From a virus: a stretch of 35,725 nucleotides of DNA. Made by a program: the position numbers and the translations under genes. Numbering within the stretch: the first letter of the stretch is position 1; each line of letters starts with the position of its first letter. Below, one piece after another: positions 25,262 through 33,275 of this stretch. Where the stretch lies: IMG/VR virus record IMGVR_UViG_3300044537_000214; one strand, 5' to 3'. The notes beneath the pieces were generated by a model. That model was not told the DNA's origin, searched no databases, and was given only the letters and a program-made list of their open reading frames with translations.

Positions 25262-25262
25262 C
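25247..25262. promoter_or_regulatory. Degenerate operator-like site GTTTCGTTTTGGCAAC overlapping the -35 of the leftward promoter
   Basis: Same 6-4-6 architecture as 25335..25350, with mismatches. Confidence 0.4.
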
Positions 25263-25286
25263 ATTTTTTGAAAAAAACGAACAAAA

Positions 25287-25303
25287 GTTGTTGACATCGC
25301 AAC
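25287..25303. promoter_or_regulatory. Operator-like site GTTGTTGACATCGCAAC overlapping the -35 of the rightward promoter
   Basis: It shares GTTG...CGCAAC half-sites with the perfect palindrome. Confidence 0.55.
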
Positions 25304-25319
25304 AAGAAGAATGTAAGAT
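25291..25319 (+). promoter_or_regulatory. Rightward (early lytic) promoter
   Basis: TTGACA (25291..25296), a 17-nt spacer, then TAAGAT (25314..25319). Confidence 0.6.
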
Positions 25320-25334
25320 GATACACGTAATCAA

Positions 25335-25350
25335 GTTGCGAAAACGCAAC
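25335..25350. promoter_or_regulatory. Operator: perfect 16-bp palindrome GTTGCGAAAACGCAAC
   Basis: Exact inverted repeat between the rightward promoter and the cro-like gene. Related sites lie at 25247..25262, 25287..25303 and 25589..25605. Confidence 0.7.
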
Positions 25351-25370
25351 GTAGGAAAAGAGATGATTTT

Positions 25371-25580
25371 ATGGTAAGGGATAAAGCCGAACCATATTTC
25401 GGCTTAATAATTGAAATGAAGAAAAAGAAGAAAACTCAAGCTGATTTAGCTAAATTAATTAATGTTGATAGAAGTACTTTCAATCAAAAACTTAATCGAA
25501 CCAATGGTAAAGATTTCTATTATTCTGAAGCTCAATTAATCGCTAAAGAATTAAATATTCGTGTTAGCGATTTTTCTTAA
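25371..25580 (+). CDS. Cro-like HTH regulator
   Basis: The HTH is TQADLAKLINVDRSTFNQKLN. It is the first gene of the rightward operon. An alternative start at 25416 (MKKKKKTQ...) would give a 54-aa protein. Confidence 0.7.
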   Translation: MVRDKAEPYFGLIIEMKKKKKTQADLAKLINVDRSTFNQKLNRTNGKDFYYSEAQLIAKELNIRVSDFS

Positions 25581-25588
25581 GAATAAAA

Positions 25589-25605
25589 GTTGCGAAAAGA
25601 ACAAC
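25589..25605. promoter_or_regulatory. Distal operator-like site GTTGCGAAAAGAACAAC, downstream of the cro-like gene
   Basis: The left half plus spacer (GTTGCGAAAA) is identical to the perfect palindrome. It lies 254 bp to the right of that palindrome. Confidence 0.5.
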
Positions 25606-25630
25606 TTTAAGTGAATAGGGGTGACACAAA

Positions 25631-25957
25631 ATGCAAGCATCATTAGATGAACAAGATTACCAAGTAATTACTAATGAGGTTCTCAGGCGTATTAAGGAAT
25701 GTTACAACTTAGTACCCAAACAAGATGTTCAAACTGACAAATGGGTCGGTATCAAGGAATTCACGAGTAAGTTGCCCGTTATAAAGGACAAGGAATGGGT
25801 CAGAATGTTTCTCCTGCCGTTACCAGTCTTCAAGCCGTGGGTAATTAACTTAAACGCTGGTCAAGGACGACCGGCCAGAGTCAATTTGACCAAAGCATTA
25901 CCCTGGATCATGTCTCATCAAGCTGATATTAATTGGAATCAGTCATTGCCACGTTAG
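25631..25957 (+). CDS. DUF771-like protein (possible excisionase-type DNA-binding protein)
   Basis: 108 aa. KWVGIKEFTSKL...KDKEWVRMFLL...GQGRP resembles the DUF771 family, which is common at this position in Lactobacillus phages. Confidence 0.45.
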   Translation: MQASLDEQDYQVITNEVLRRIKECYNLVPKQDVQTDKWVGIKEFTSKLPVIKDKEWVRMFLLPLPVFKPWVINLNAGQGRPARVNLTKALPWIMSHQADINWNQSLPR

Positions 25958-25968
25958 GAGGTGATTAA

Positions 25969-26097
25969 GTGGCGTTGGTAATTGGATTACCAATATTAAT
26001 TATTGCAATGTGTTTGTTATATGCATTGGTGTACAGCTTATTGTATGAGCGAAACAAACCATTGCTGCTGAAAGAGAAGTATCGGAAGAAGCATTGA
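25969..26097 (+). CDS. Small single-TM protein (42 aa), not in the ORF track
   Basis: AGGAGGTG (25956..25963) precedes the GTG at 25969. It translates as VALVIGLPILIIAMCLLYALVYSLLYERNKPLLLKEKYRKKH. Confidence 0.5.
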   Translation: MALVIGLPILIIAMCLLYALVYSLLYERNKPLLLKEKYRKKH

Positions 26098-26111
26098 AAG
26101 GAGGTGAGGGG

Positions 26112-26282
26112 ATGAGTAAGTTAATTGCGCTAATCGTTGGTGCTTGGATCATGTATTGTTCAATGATTGGCTCTTATGATGGAGCGATGGCGATCCTAGC
26201 AGTTTATCTTCTGCTAGTGGTTCTTGACCCACTAAACAAAAAGGTACGACCGCCGCAAACAGTCGTACCCAGAAATAAATAA
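26112..26282 (+). CDS. Small two-TM membrane protein (56 aa)
   Basis: AAAGGAGGTGAGGGG precedes the ATG at 26112. The sequence is MSKLIALIVGAWIMYCSMIGSYDGAMAILAVYLLLVVLDPL... Confidence 0.6.
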   Translation: MSKLIALIVGAWIMYCSMIGSYDGAMAILAVYLLLVVLDPLNKKVRPPQTVVPRNK

Positions 26283-26300
26283 TCTATGAGGTAATTATAT

Positions 26301-26516
26301 ATGAATGAGTTCAATTTATCAAAATTAAATGCCAAAGTTGGCGATAATTGTGTATTTGTATCGAATTTGGCAGTTCGCTATCAAAGTGCTGCTACTCCCG
26401 AAGAACGAATGGCAATGGCTATTAAATTAGAAAACGCTGCTACGATGTTACGAATTTCAGCTGAGCGTTTGGCTACTGAAACTAAGAATATTTACGGAGG
26501 TAAAAATAATGACTAA
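26301..26516 (+). CDS. Hypothetical early protein
   Basis: 71-aa ORF with an RBS (GAGGTAA), tightly packed with its neighbours. Confidence 0.6.
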   Translation: MNEFNLSKLNAKVGDNCVFVSNLAVRYQSAATPEERMAMAIKLENAATMLRISAERLATETKNIYGGKNND

Positions 26517-26781
26517 TGAAGAAAAGATTAAAGCAATTAAGACAATCCTTGGCCCTGAATATGAAGAGGTAGCAATTTTTGCCGCAAAGCCAGCTGAAAA
26601 ACGTGATGATCGGACGATCGCATTGACGGAAGGTGATGATGGAGCCATAGCAGCAATGATAGTTAACTATCTTAATACCAATCCAGTGGCGACTTCAATA
26701 ATTAAGAACATTATTGGTTCATTAGAAACAGACCCGTTTGCTGATGTGCTTGGACAATTACTCCTTGGAGGTAAAGATTAA
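26509..26781 (+). CDS. Hypothetical early protein
   Basis: 90-aa ORF with an overlapping start and a GGAGGTAAA RBS. Confidence 0.6.
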   Translation: MTNEEKIKAIKTILGPEYEEVAIFAAKPAEKRDDRTIALTEGDDGAIAAMIVNYLNTNPVATSIIKNIIGSLETDPFADVLGQLLLGGKD

Positions 26782-27260
26782 TGAATTTATTTGAATTAAA
26801 CGACAATTATAAAACACTTGCTAGTCGGGATGACTTAGATCCAACTATTCTAAAAGACACATTGGAATCAATTAATGATGATCGGAAGACCAAGCTGGAC
26901 AATCTTGCCTCATGGGCGGATCAATTGAAGTCAGAAATTAATTTTATGACTGACAAAAAGAAGTCATGGGAAGAAGAAATTACTTACCGAAAAAATAAAC
27001 TTACTTGGATCAAGAAATATATTACTGAAGTTCTTGATGATGCAGGTATTAAGAAAATAACTACTGAAAATCACTTACTTAGTGCCCGGAACTTTAAGGC
27101 CTCAACCATTATTGATAGTGATAAGAAGCTTCCGGATAAGTTCAAAATTACTGAGACGACTACTAAGCCAGATAAGCAGGCCATTTACCAAGCACTCAAA
27201 GCTGGAGAAGAAGTACCAGGAGCACATTTAAAAGCTAACCGTAACACGGTGATTAAATAA
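26781..27260 (+). CDS. Siphovirus Gp157-family protein
   Basis: MNLFELNDNYKTL...DTLESI...KLDNLASWADQLKSE...L and the position upstream of the helicase gene are characteristic of this family. Confidence 0.75.
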   Translation: MNLFELNDNYKTLASRDDLDPTILKDTLESINDDRKTKLDNLASWADQLKSEINFMTDKKKSWEEEITYRKNKLTWIKKYITEVLDDAGIKKITTENHLLSARNFKASTIIDSDKKLPDKFKITETTTKPDKQAIYQALKAGEEVPGAHLKANRNTVIK

Positions 27261-28630
27261 TGTTTGAACTCCGTGATTATCAGCAAGAAACGATTGATAA
27301 CATCATGAATTCTATAAGTGCTGGTCACCGTTCTATCATGGTTCAACAACCGCCACGAACGGGGAAGACAGTTATCATGGCCGAGATTGCTAGACGAGCA
27401 ACGGCAAAGGGTAACCGTATCTTGTTCGTGGTTCATCGGCAAGAAATTGTCCAGCAGGTTATCAAAACGTTCAAAGCTAATGATGTAAATATGGATTTAG
27501 CTAAAATCGGTATGGTTCAAACGATTACTCGACACGTTAATAATCTAGACCCACCGGCGATAATCTTTGTTGATGAGGCCCATCATGTTCTGGCTAAATC
27601 ATATCGAAGAATCCTTGATGCTTTTCCAAAGGCCTATAAGTTATTGTTTACTGCCACACCATATCGGTTAGGTGGTCAAGGCTTTACTGATGTTGCTGAT
27701 GATTTAATCATTGGGAAATCAGTCCCCTGGTTAATTGACCATCACTTTTTAGCTCCAGTTGATTATTACGCTCCTTCTTATATTGATACTGCCAAGTTAA
27801 AAGTAAAACGAACTGGTGAATATGACACTGATTCAATTAAAGAAGCAATGAAGCCTAAAATCTACGGGAATGCGGTTAAGCACTATTTGAAACTTGCTAA
27901 GGGAATGCAAGCAATTGCCTATACCTATAACGTTGATAGTGCAATTAAGTTAGCTAATGCATTTAATGGCTATGGGATAACTGCAAGGGCCGTCTCCGGA
28001 AAAACACCCAAAGAAGAACGGAATAAAATCATTGAGGAATATCGGCAAGGGAAAATCCAAATTGTAACTAATGCAGAATTATTTACTGAAGGACTTGATT
28101 TACCTAACGTTGATTGCGTCATTATGTTACGGCCAACCCAATCATTATCGTTGTATCTACAATTTGCAATGCGTTCCATGAATCCACGGAAAGGTAAAAC
28201 TGCAATAATTATTGATCACGTGAGGAATGTTGAACGATTCGGATTGCCTACTGATGAACGGCAATGGACATTGGAAGGTAACGGTAAAAATAAGCAACAA
28301 TCAGGATCAACAATTAAACCTGTATCAGTATGTCCGACATGTTTTGCTTCGTTTTATCGAACAGGCGATATTTGTCCTTATTGCGGGGCGGCATTAGGAG
28401 AAGAAAAAGAAATTGAAGTCATTGATGATGTTCAACTTAAAAAAGTTACCAAGTCACGACTAGCAATTATTAAACAAATTCAATCGTCAGCAGTCATGAA
28501 TAATGTTGCTGGCAAGCGTCCAAACGAATTGAAAAATCTGAAAGAAATACAAGCCTATGCCAAATTAAAAGGGTATAAACCAGGTTGGGCTTATCACTAC
28601 GCTAAACAGCGTGGATTTATTAAGAAGTGA
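27260..28630 (+). CDS. SF2 DEAD/DEAH-box helicase with a C-terminal zinc ribbon
   Basis: Motif I is PPRTGKT and motif II is VDEAHH, with TATP and helicase-C motifs also present. The zinc ribbon is CPTCFASFYRTGDICPYCG. Confidence 0.9.
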   Translation: MFELRDYQQETIDNIMNSISAGHRSIMVQQPPRTGKTVIMAEIARRATAKGNRILFVVHRQEIVQQVIKTFKANDVNMDLAKIGMVQTITRHVNNLDPPAIIFVDEAHHVLAKSYRRILDAFPKAYKLLFTATPYRLGGQGFTDVADDLIIGKSVPWLIDHHFLAPVDYYAPSYIDTAKLKVKRTGEYDTDSIKEAMKPKIYGNAVKHYLKLAKGMQAIAYTYNVDSAIKLANAFNGYGITARAVSGKTPKEERNKIIEEYRQGKIQIVTNAELFTEGLDLPNVDCVIMLRPTQSLSLYLQFAMRSMNPRKGKTAIIIDHVRNVERFGLPTDERQWTLEGNGKNKQQSGSTIKPVSVCPTCFASFYRTGDICPYCGAALGEEKEIEVIDDVQLKKVTKSRLAIIKQIQSSAVMNNVAGKRPNELKNLKEIQAYAKLKGYKPGWAYHYAKQRGFIKK

Positions 28631-28640
28631 GGTTGATATT

Positions 28641-29405
28641 ATGAGTATTTTGCCACCAAATAAACCACAGAAAGCACGGCGAGTACCACGGAATTATTTC
28701 ATCTACGGAGACACGATGTCTGGAAAATCATATCTAGCAGAACGATTTCCAAGTCCATTATTCCTTAACACCGATGGTAATAGTGAGATGAACACCGCAC
28801 CAAGTATTCAATTAAAAAATGTCCGAAAGAGTGATGGGAGCTTAAAAGAGTCTGTGATTGATCAACTAGACAAGATTATTCTTGCTCTTGGTACTGAAAA
28901 TCATGGTTACAAAACAGTAGTTATTGATGTGATTGATGATGTAGTAACACTAATTGAACAGGCCATCTGTTATGACAATGGAGTAGAAACGCTGGGGGAT
29001 GTTCCTTACGGTAAGGGATATGCACAATTTAATACCGTCTTTCAAGCATTTGTCACTGAGCTAAAAGCCTTACCACTGAATGCGGTTTACATTAGCCGGT
29101 TAATGATGCTAACTGATGAATCTTCTGGCCACACCGAAGACCGACCATCACTAAAACAGAAATATTACAACGTGGTTAACGGAAATTGTGATTTAGTGAT
29201 TGAAACTAAGCGCTATGGTGACCGTTATATCCGGATGGTTAAAGATCGACGAATTCATTATGTCAAAGATGATATTACTGATCCGGTAATCTTACGGGTA
29301 CTTGAACATGTTAACGGTGTCTTTGATAAGCCAAAGCAGACTACTACAAAAGAACAGAATGAAATTGTTAACAAAATTAAAAAACAAAATGTAAAGGAAG
29401 GTTAA
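28641..29405 (+). CDS. AAA_24-family ATPase (Sak4/RecA-like)
   Basis: ATG at 28641 follows GAGGT. Walker A is YGDTMSGKS and Walker B-like is VVIDVIDD. Synteny with DUF669 fits. Confidence 0.75.
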   Translation: MSILPPNKPQKARRVPRNYFIYGDTMSGKSYLAERFPSPLFLNTDGNSEMNTAPSIQLKNVRKSDGSLKESVIDQLDKIILALGTENHGYKTVVIDVIDDVVTLIEQAICYDNGVETLGDVPYGKGYAQFNTVFQAFVTELKALPLNAVYISRLMMLTDESSGHTEDRPSLKQKYYNVVNGNCDLVIETKRYGDRYIRMVKDRRIHYVKDDITDPVILRVLEHVNGVFDKPKQTTTKEQNEIVNKIKKQNVKEG

Positions 29406-29411
29406 TGAATT

Positions 29412-29927
29412 ATGAGTTTACGAGATGCAATGAATAAAGCTACTGAAGGTTTTGATCCAAAGAATGATTCAGTTAATAAATTTAAGGGACTGGAAAGTGG
29501 TAAATATACCGTTGTAGTTGCAAAAGTAGAAAACCATGAAACTCCTTGGAATGCTGAACAGCTTAACTTTGAGTTAGAAGTTGTCGATGGAGAATCTGCC
29601 GGTCAAAAGGAATTCTTACAAATTGGATTAGATGAATTAACTTCTAAGGGTAATCCCAATCCAATGCTAGAAACTAATTTACGATTGGTTTCTAAGTTAG
29701 CAGCAATTCTAGGTGTTGAAATTCCCGATGAAGTTTGGGATGACGATACTTTAATCTACGAGAACTTGGCTAAAGCATTTGCACCGGCAGTAGGAAAGAC
29801 CATGATTATGGATTTGAAGGTTCGACCAAACAAGAAGAACCCCCAATATCCATACCGTAATTATGACTTTGATGAAGCGGAACAGCCGGAAACGCCAGAA
29901 GTTACAGATGATGAAATGCCCTTTTAA
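29412..29927 (+). CDS. DUF669-family protein (putative ssDNA-binding protein)
   Basis: 171 aa with SGKYTVVVAKVE... and an acidic C-terminus ending DDEMPF. It sits at the conserved position after the AAA_24 gene. Confidence 0.65.
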   Translation: MSLRDAMNKATEGFDPKNDSVNKFKGLESGKYTVVVAKVENHETPWNAEQLNFELEVVDGESAGQKEFLQIGLDELTSKGNPNPMLETNLRLVSKLAAILGVEIPDEVWDDDTLIYENLAKAFAPAVGKTMIMDLKVRPNKKNPQYPYRNYDFDEAEQPETPEVTDDEMPF

Positions 29928-30081
29928 AGGTGGGTTAAGAGCAGCATATGAAAGCATAAGTAGTCCGTCTGTTTCAAATATGATTGAAGATACTCTTTCA
30001 TATAGTGATATGTATGGATGGTAAGGCAGTGACCTAAACACCGAGCGGGTGGAATGCCCGTTATTTTTACAGGGGGTCAAA

Positions 30082-30873
30082 ATGAAAAATCTAGTTAATT
30101 ACGCCTTAGCCTATCAAGCAAAGGGTTTAAGCGTCCTCCCAATTGCTGGCAAGCGTCCACTAATTAAGTTTGCTGATCGTGATCCACTTACCGCCGAAGA
30201 AATAAAGACCATCTGGATAGAACATCCATATGCTCAAATTGCGTTGCGGACTGATAAGTTCTTCGTTGTTGATATAGACCGCAACCATGCTGATAACATT
30301 GATGGTTTTGAATCAATTAAGCAATTACCAGCGGAATATTTTCCGGAAACTTTAACCCAAACCACCAAGCATGGTGGCCGACAGTTATTTTATTTGAAAC
30401 GTTCAGATATGCGAGTTAATCAGTTGATTGGTTATTTACCAGGTGTTGATGTAAAGGCCCACCAAAATAATTATGTTGTGGTTGCGCCATCAGAAGGTTA
30501 CCAATGGCTGAATAAGAAGCCGATTGTTACGGCTCCTAAGTCGTTAGTAGTGAATATTAACCAAATGCGAGCCAGTAACCGGCGAAGTTCTCCAGATGAT
30601 TTAGTTTTTAAACCACGTGAACGCAACTCAACTACTGACTTACTTGAGACCATCGCAAATGGATTGGGAGATAAAGGAATAAGAAATAAAAACTTAGCTG
30701 GAATGATTGGTGCTTTATTGTTTCGGGGAGTAGAACCAAAGTCTGCTTATCAATTAGCGATGATTTGTAATGAGAATACGCCCGATCCACTACCAGAAGA
30801 AGAAGTGAACCGGACATTTCAATCAATGCTAAGACGTGATTTGAGAAACGGGGGTGAAATACGTGGCGGATAA
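30082..30873 (+). CDS. Bifunctional DNA primase/polymerase (PrimPol, N-terminal domain family)
   Basis: ATG at 30082 follows GGGGG. Motifs include GLSVLPIAGKRP, FVVDIDRNH, TKHGGRQLFY and GVDVKAHQNNYVVVAPS. Confidence 0.85.
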   Translation: MKNLVNYALAYQAKGLSVLPIAGKRPLIKFADRDPLTAEEIKTIWIEHPYAQIALRTDKFFVVDIDRNHADNIDGFESIKQLPAEYFPETLTQTTKHGGRQLFYLKRSDMRVNQLIGYLPGVDVKAHQNNYVVVAPSEGYQWLNKKPIVTAPKSLVVNINQMRASNRRSSPDDLVFKPRERNSTTDLLETIANGLGDKGIRNKNLAGMIGALLFRGVEPKSAYQLAMICNENTPDPLPEEEVNRTFQSMLRRDLRNGGEIRGG

Positions 30874-32092
30874 TATAATTCGCAAACCAATTGAATTTGA
30901 ATTAAATACTCAAGGCAATCCTAAAACTAATAGTTTGAAGAATATTGGTTTAATCCTTGATGGCGATCCACTACTGCATGGCACCTTCAAATATAACGAG
31001 TTTGCTTATTCAATTGATGTTGTTAAGGACATTCCACAGCTATTTATTGAAAAGGGGCAACTTGATGATAGCTATTCAGCAATTATGCTCCGTTACATTG
31101 AGGATGAGTATGGGGTGATGTTTCAAGAAAAATTGTTAAATATGGCAATCACTGTTGAAGCAAAAAGCCACCCATATAATCCGGTTAAAGAGTATATGGA
31201 AAAGTGCTATAAGAATTGGGACCACAAAGAACGAATCAAAGACTTCCTACCAGTCTATTTAGGAGTACCCAGTGGTGAAGTAACAACGCTGCAGACAAAA
31301 TTATTCTTAGTCGGAGCGGTGATGAAAGTCTATAAGCCGGAAAGTAAATTTGATTGGGTGTTTGATTTAGTTGGTGGCCAAGGCGTTGGTAAAACTACTT
31401 TGCTTAAAAAGTTAGCCCATGGTTGGTACACTGACCAATTTACGGATTTCAAGGATAAAGATAATTTTGCCAATATGCTACGAGCGTTGATTGTTAACGA
31501 TGATGAAATGACGGCAACCAATAATTCTGATTTTGAAAACTTGAAAAAGTTTATTTCAGCTGAAGAATTAGAGTTTCGGCCACCATATGGACGGCATACA
31601 ATCCGCCGGCCAAAGAATTTTGTTATGGCCCGGACTACTAACGAATCAACCTATTTGAAAGATAAAACCGGTGAGCGGCGTTTCTTACCTAACATGGCTG
31701 ATAAGTCCCAAGCAATGGCTAATCCGGTAACTGATCTTGATGATACGATGGTCAATCACATTTGGGGTGAAGCTGTTGGCCTCTACAAAGAAGGCTTTTC
31801 TTTCATATTGACGAAGGAGCAGCAGAAGCTCATTGAGGATAATCGGAAGTCATTTATGTATATTGATGAAACTGAAAATCAAATTGAACGAGTTCTCAGT
31901 ACTTGGGACGATGACTGGATTGAAAGCTCGGAAATTGCTCATCAATTAGGTGAAGATAATCTGGTTAAGAATCGTTCATTAGCCAAGAAGATTAAGTATG
32001 TAATGGATAACCGGCATGATTGGAAGCCTGGATATAAGAAGATGAAAGGAATAGTACATCGCGGTTATCGGAGATTGGAAAGTTTACAGTAG
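30854..32092 (+). CDS. VirE-family P-loop NTPase (primase-associated helicase)
   Basis: Walker A is GGQGVGKTT and Walker B is LIVNDDE. Its size and its position after the PrimPol gene fit. The start is GTG at 30854 or 30863. Confidence 0.8.
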   Translation: MKYVADNIIRKPIEFELNTQGNPKTNSLKNIGLILDGDPLLHGTFKYNEFAYSIDVVKDIPQLFIEKGQLDDSYSAIMLRYIEDEYGVMFQEKLLNMAITVEAKSHPYNPVKEYMEKCYKNWDHKERIKDFLPVYLGVPSGEVTTLQTKLFLVGAVMKVYKPESKFDWVFDLVGGQGVGKTTLLKKLAHGWYTDQFTDFKDKDNFANMLRALIVNDDEMTATNNSDFENLKKFISAEELEFRPPYGRHTIRRPKNFVMARTTNESTYLKDKTGERRFLPNMADKSQAMANPVTDLDDTMVNHIWGEAVGLYKEGFSFILTKEQQKLIEDNRKSFMYIDETENQIERVLSTWDDDWIESSEIAHQLGEDNLVKNRSLAKKIKYVMDNRHDWKPGYKKMKGIVHRGYRRLESLQ

Positions 32093-32331
32093 TTGTCACT
32101 GGTTTACATTAAAAATTCGTTAGTGTAAACCTCCATGGTTATTGTTATATCAACATTTGCGAGAAGTAGGTTTACACTACTACACTATTTTAATAATAAA
32201 AATAAATATATATAAATACTATATATGCATTATAAAAAGTTGAAATATAGTGTAAACCTGTAAACCGAGGTCTAAGTCGTTGGTAGAGTAAGCATATCGT
32301 GATTTTTAGTAGTGACAACCTAGTGTAAACC
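32081..32331. promoter_or_regulatory. Putative origin of replication: iterons plus an AT-rich core, bounded by ~20-bp inverted repeats
   Basis: (TA)GTGTAAACC occurs at 32121..32131, 32248..32258 and 32321..32331, and TGTAAACC at 32259..32266. Inverted copies GGTTTACA(C/T) lie at 32101..32109 and 32169..32177. An almost pure A/T stretch spans about 32186..32245. gttgtcact (32092..32100) is the reverse complement of agtgacaac (32311..32319). Confidence 0.6.
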
Positions 32332-32344
32332 TTAGGAGGGAAAT

Positions 32345-32557
32345 ATGCATACAAAAATATTTACAATTAATGGAAATTTCTATGAAGCTGAGGGCGGTAT
32401 TGATGATATCCAAAAAAAGCTAAAAATAAATGGAACAATTGGATTCTATCTTAGCGGTAGGGCAATACGGAATTTACAAACAGTTCCTCATCGGTTCATT
32501 ATTCCGCTTACTGCAGTCGAAAGTATTATGGAGTTTGAAGATGACGAGGATAAATAA
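32345..32557 (+). CDS. Hypothetical protein
   Basis: 70-aa ORF following TAGGAGGG. Confidence 0.6.
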   Translation: MHTKIFTINGNFYEAEGGIDDIQKKLKINGTIGFYLSGRAIRNLQTVPHRFIIPLTAVESIMEFEDDEDK

Positions 32558-32559
32558 AA

Positions 32560-32760
32560 ATGACCTATACGATTAATGAATTGCGATCAATGAATGATGA
32601 AATGTTACGCGAAATTTCTTTGCAAAGGTATAAAAAATCTCGTCGTTCAACTGGTGATGCGTTAAGAGCGCAAAAGGTTTTATGGGAACGAGCCGGACAA
32701 CCTTTTAGCAGTTCAGCAAATTATAAACGTAATCATACAGCGACTGGGGTTAAGTTCTAA
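32560..32760 (+). CDS. Hypothetical protein
   Basis: 66-aa ORF, tightly packed with its neighbours. Confidence 0.55.
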   Translation: MTYTINELRSMNDEMLREISLQRYKKSRRSTGDALRAQKVLWERAGQPFSSSANYKRNHTATGVKF

Positions 32761-33095
32761 TGACGAGTGAACATAAAATTCAAAACGATATTCGGGTAGC
32801 CTTGTCAAAACACAAGTGTACAGTGTTCCGAGTAAATGTTGGTTCGGTTAAAACACCGGACGGAAGATTTTTCTCAGCTGGTGTACCAAGTGGTCATCCA
32901 GATTTATATGGATTTCGTTGGTCAGATCATCAAGTGTTTTACATTGAAGTGAAAAACGAAAAAGGTAAGCCTAGAGCGGATCAAATTAGATTTCATGAAA
33001 TGTTAACTAAACGAGAAGTTATTCATGGAATTGCTAGGTCTGCTGGGGATGCAGTAAAGATTGTTGAGGAAAGATTGGTTGGTTATGGGTTTTAG
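32760..33095 (+). CDS. VRR-NUC domain nuclease (PD-(D/E)xK)
   Basis: IQNDIRVALSK...VFRVNVG...GHPDLYGF...YIEVKNEKGKPRADQ contains the D...E-x-K core. Confidence 0.8.
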   Translation: MTSEHKIQNDIRVALSKHKCTVFRVNVGSVKTPDGRFFSAGVPSGHPDLYGFRWSDHQVFYIEVKNEKGKPRADQIRFHEMLTKREVIHGIARSAGDAVKIVEERLVGYGF

Positions 33096-33258
33096 TATTA
33101 TCTCTAATGCTATCTTTTCTTTATTATGGCTGCGGCTAATTAGATATATCCAACGCGATTATCAGGAAACCCAAAGTCGAGGATTGCTAGTTGCAGAAAT
33201 TATTGTGGTATTAATTTGCTTTATAATTAGTGTCTTGTGGATAAGAAGTGAGTTATGA
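33085..33258 (+). CDS. Small membrane protein
   Basis: MGFSIISNAIFSLLWLRLI...LLVAEIIVVLICFIISVLWI has two hydrophobic helices. The start is uncertain. Confidence 0.45.
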   Translation: MGFSIISNAIFSLLWLRLIRYIQRDYQETQSRGLLVAEIIVVLICFIISVLWIRSEL

Positions 33259-33275
33259 GTTGGCAGGTGTTGTAA

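Noticed and set aside
29928-30081. Intergenic region upstream of the PrimPol gene with a 9-bp inverted repeat (atatgaaag 29946..29954 / ctttcatat 29995..30003) and a small cggg/cccg hairpin followed by ttattttt (about 30046..30068)
   Set aside because: The stems are short, with a 40-nt loop in one case and only 4 bp in the other. They are AT-rich and could arise by chance. There are no iterons or clear promoter hexamers, so I left the region unannotated.
675-31521. Other short antisense or nested track ORFs: 675..872 -, 2359..2568 +, 2997..3236 +, 3609..3989 +, 4758..4952 -, 7894..8112 -, 8899..9084 -, 9449..9655 -, 10397..10648 -, 13675..13908 +, 14018..14230 -, 19315..19635 -, 21018..21245 -, 21568..21774 +, 22612..22818 +, 24354..24665 +, 26457..26648 -, 27185..27442 -, 27970..28179 -, 29751..30080 -, 30632..30826 -, 31330..31521 -, 34202..34500 -
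   Set aside because: Each lies within, or antisense to, a longer ORF with recognisable homology or good synteny. All lack a Shine-Dalgarno sequence and translate to low-complexity, Cys/Leu/Ile-rich peptides typical of out-of-frame reading in AT-rich DNA.
32101-32331. Repeated gtgtaaacc elements considered as a possible CRISPR array
   Set aside because: The repeats are only 8-11 bp long, irregularly spaced and present in both orientations. They surround an AT-rich core, and there are no cas genes. An iteron-type origin explains them better.
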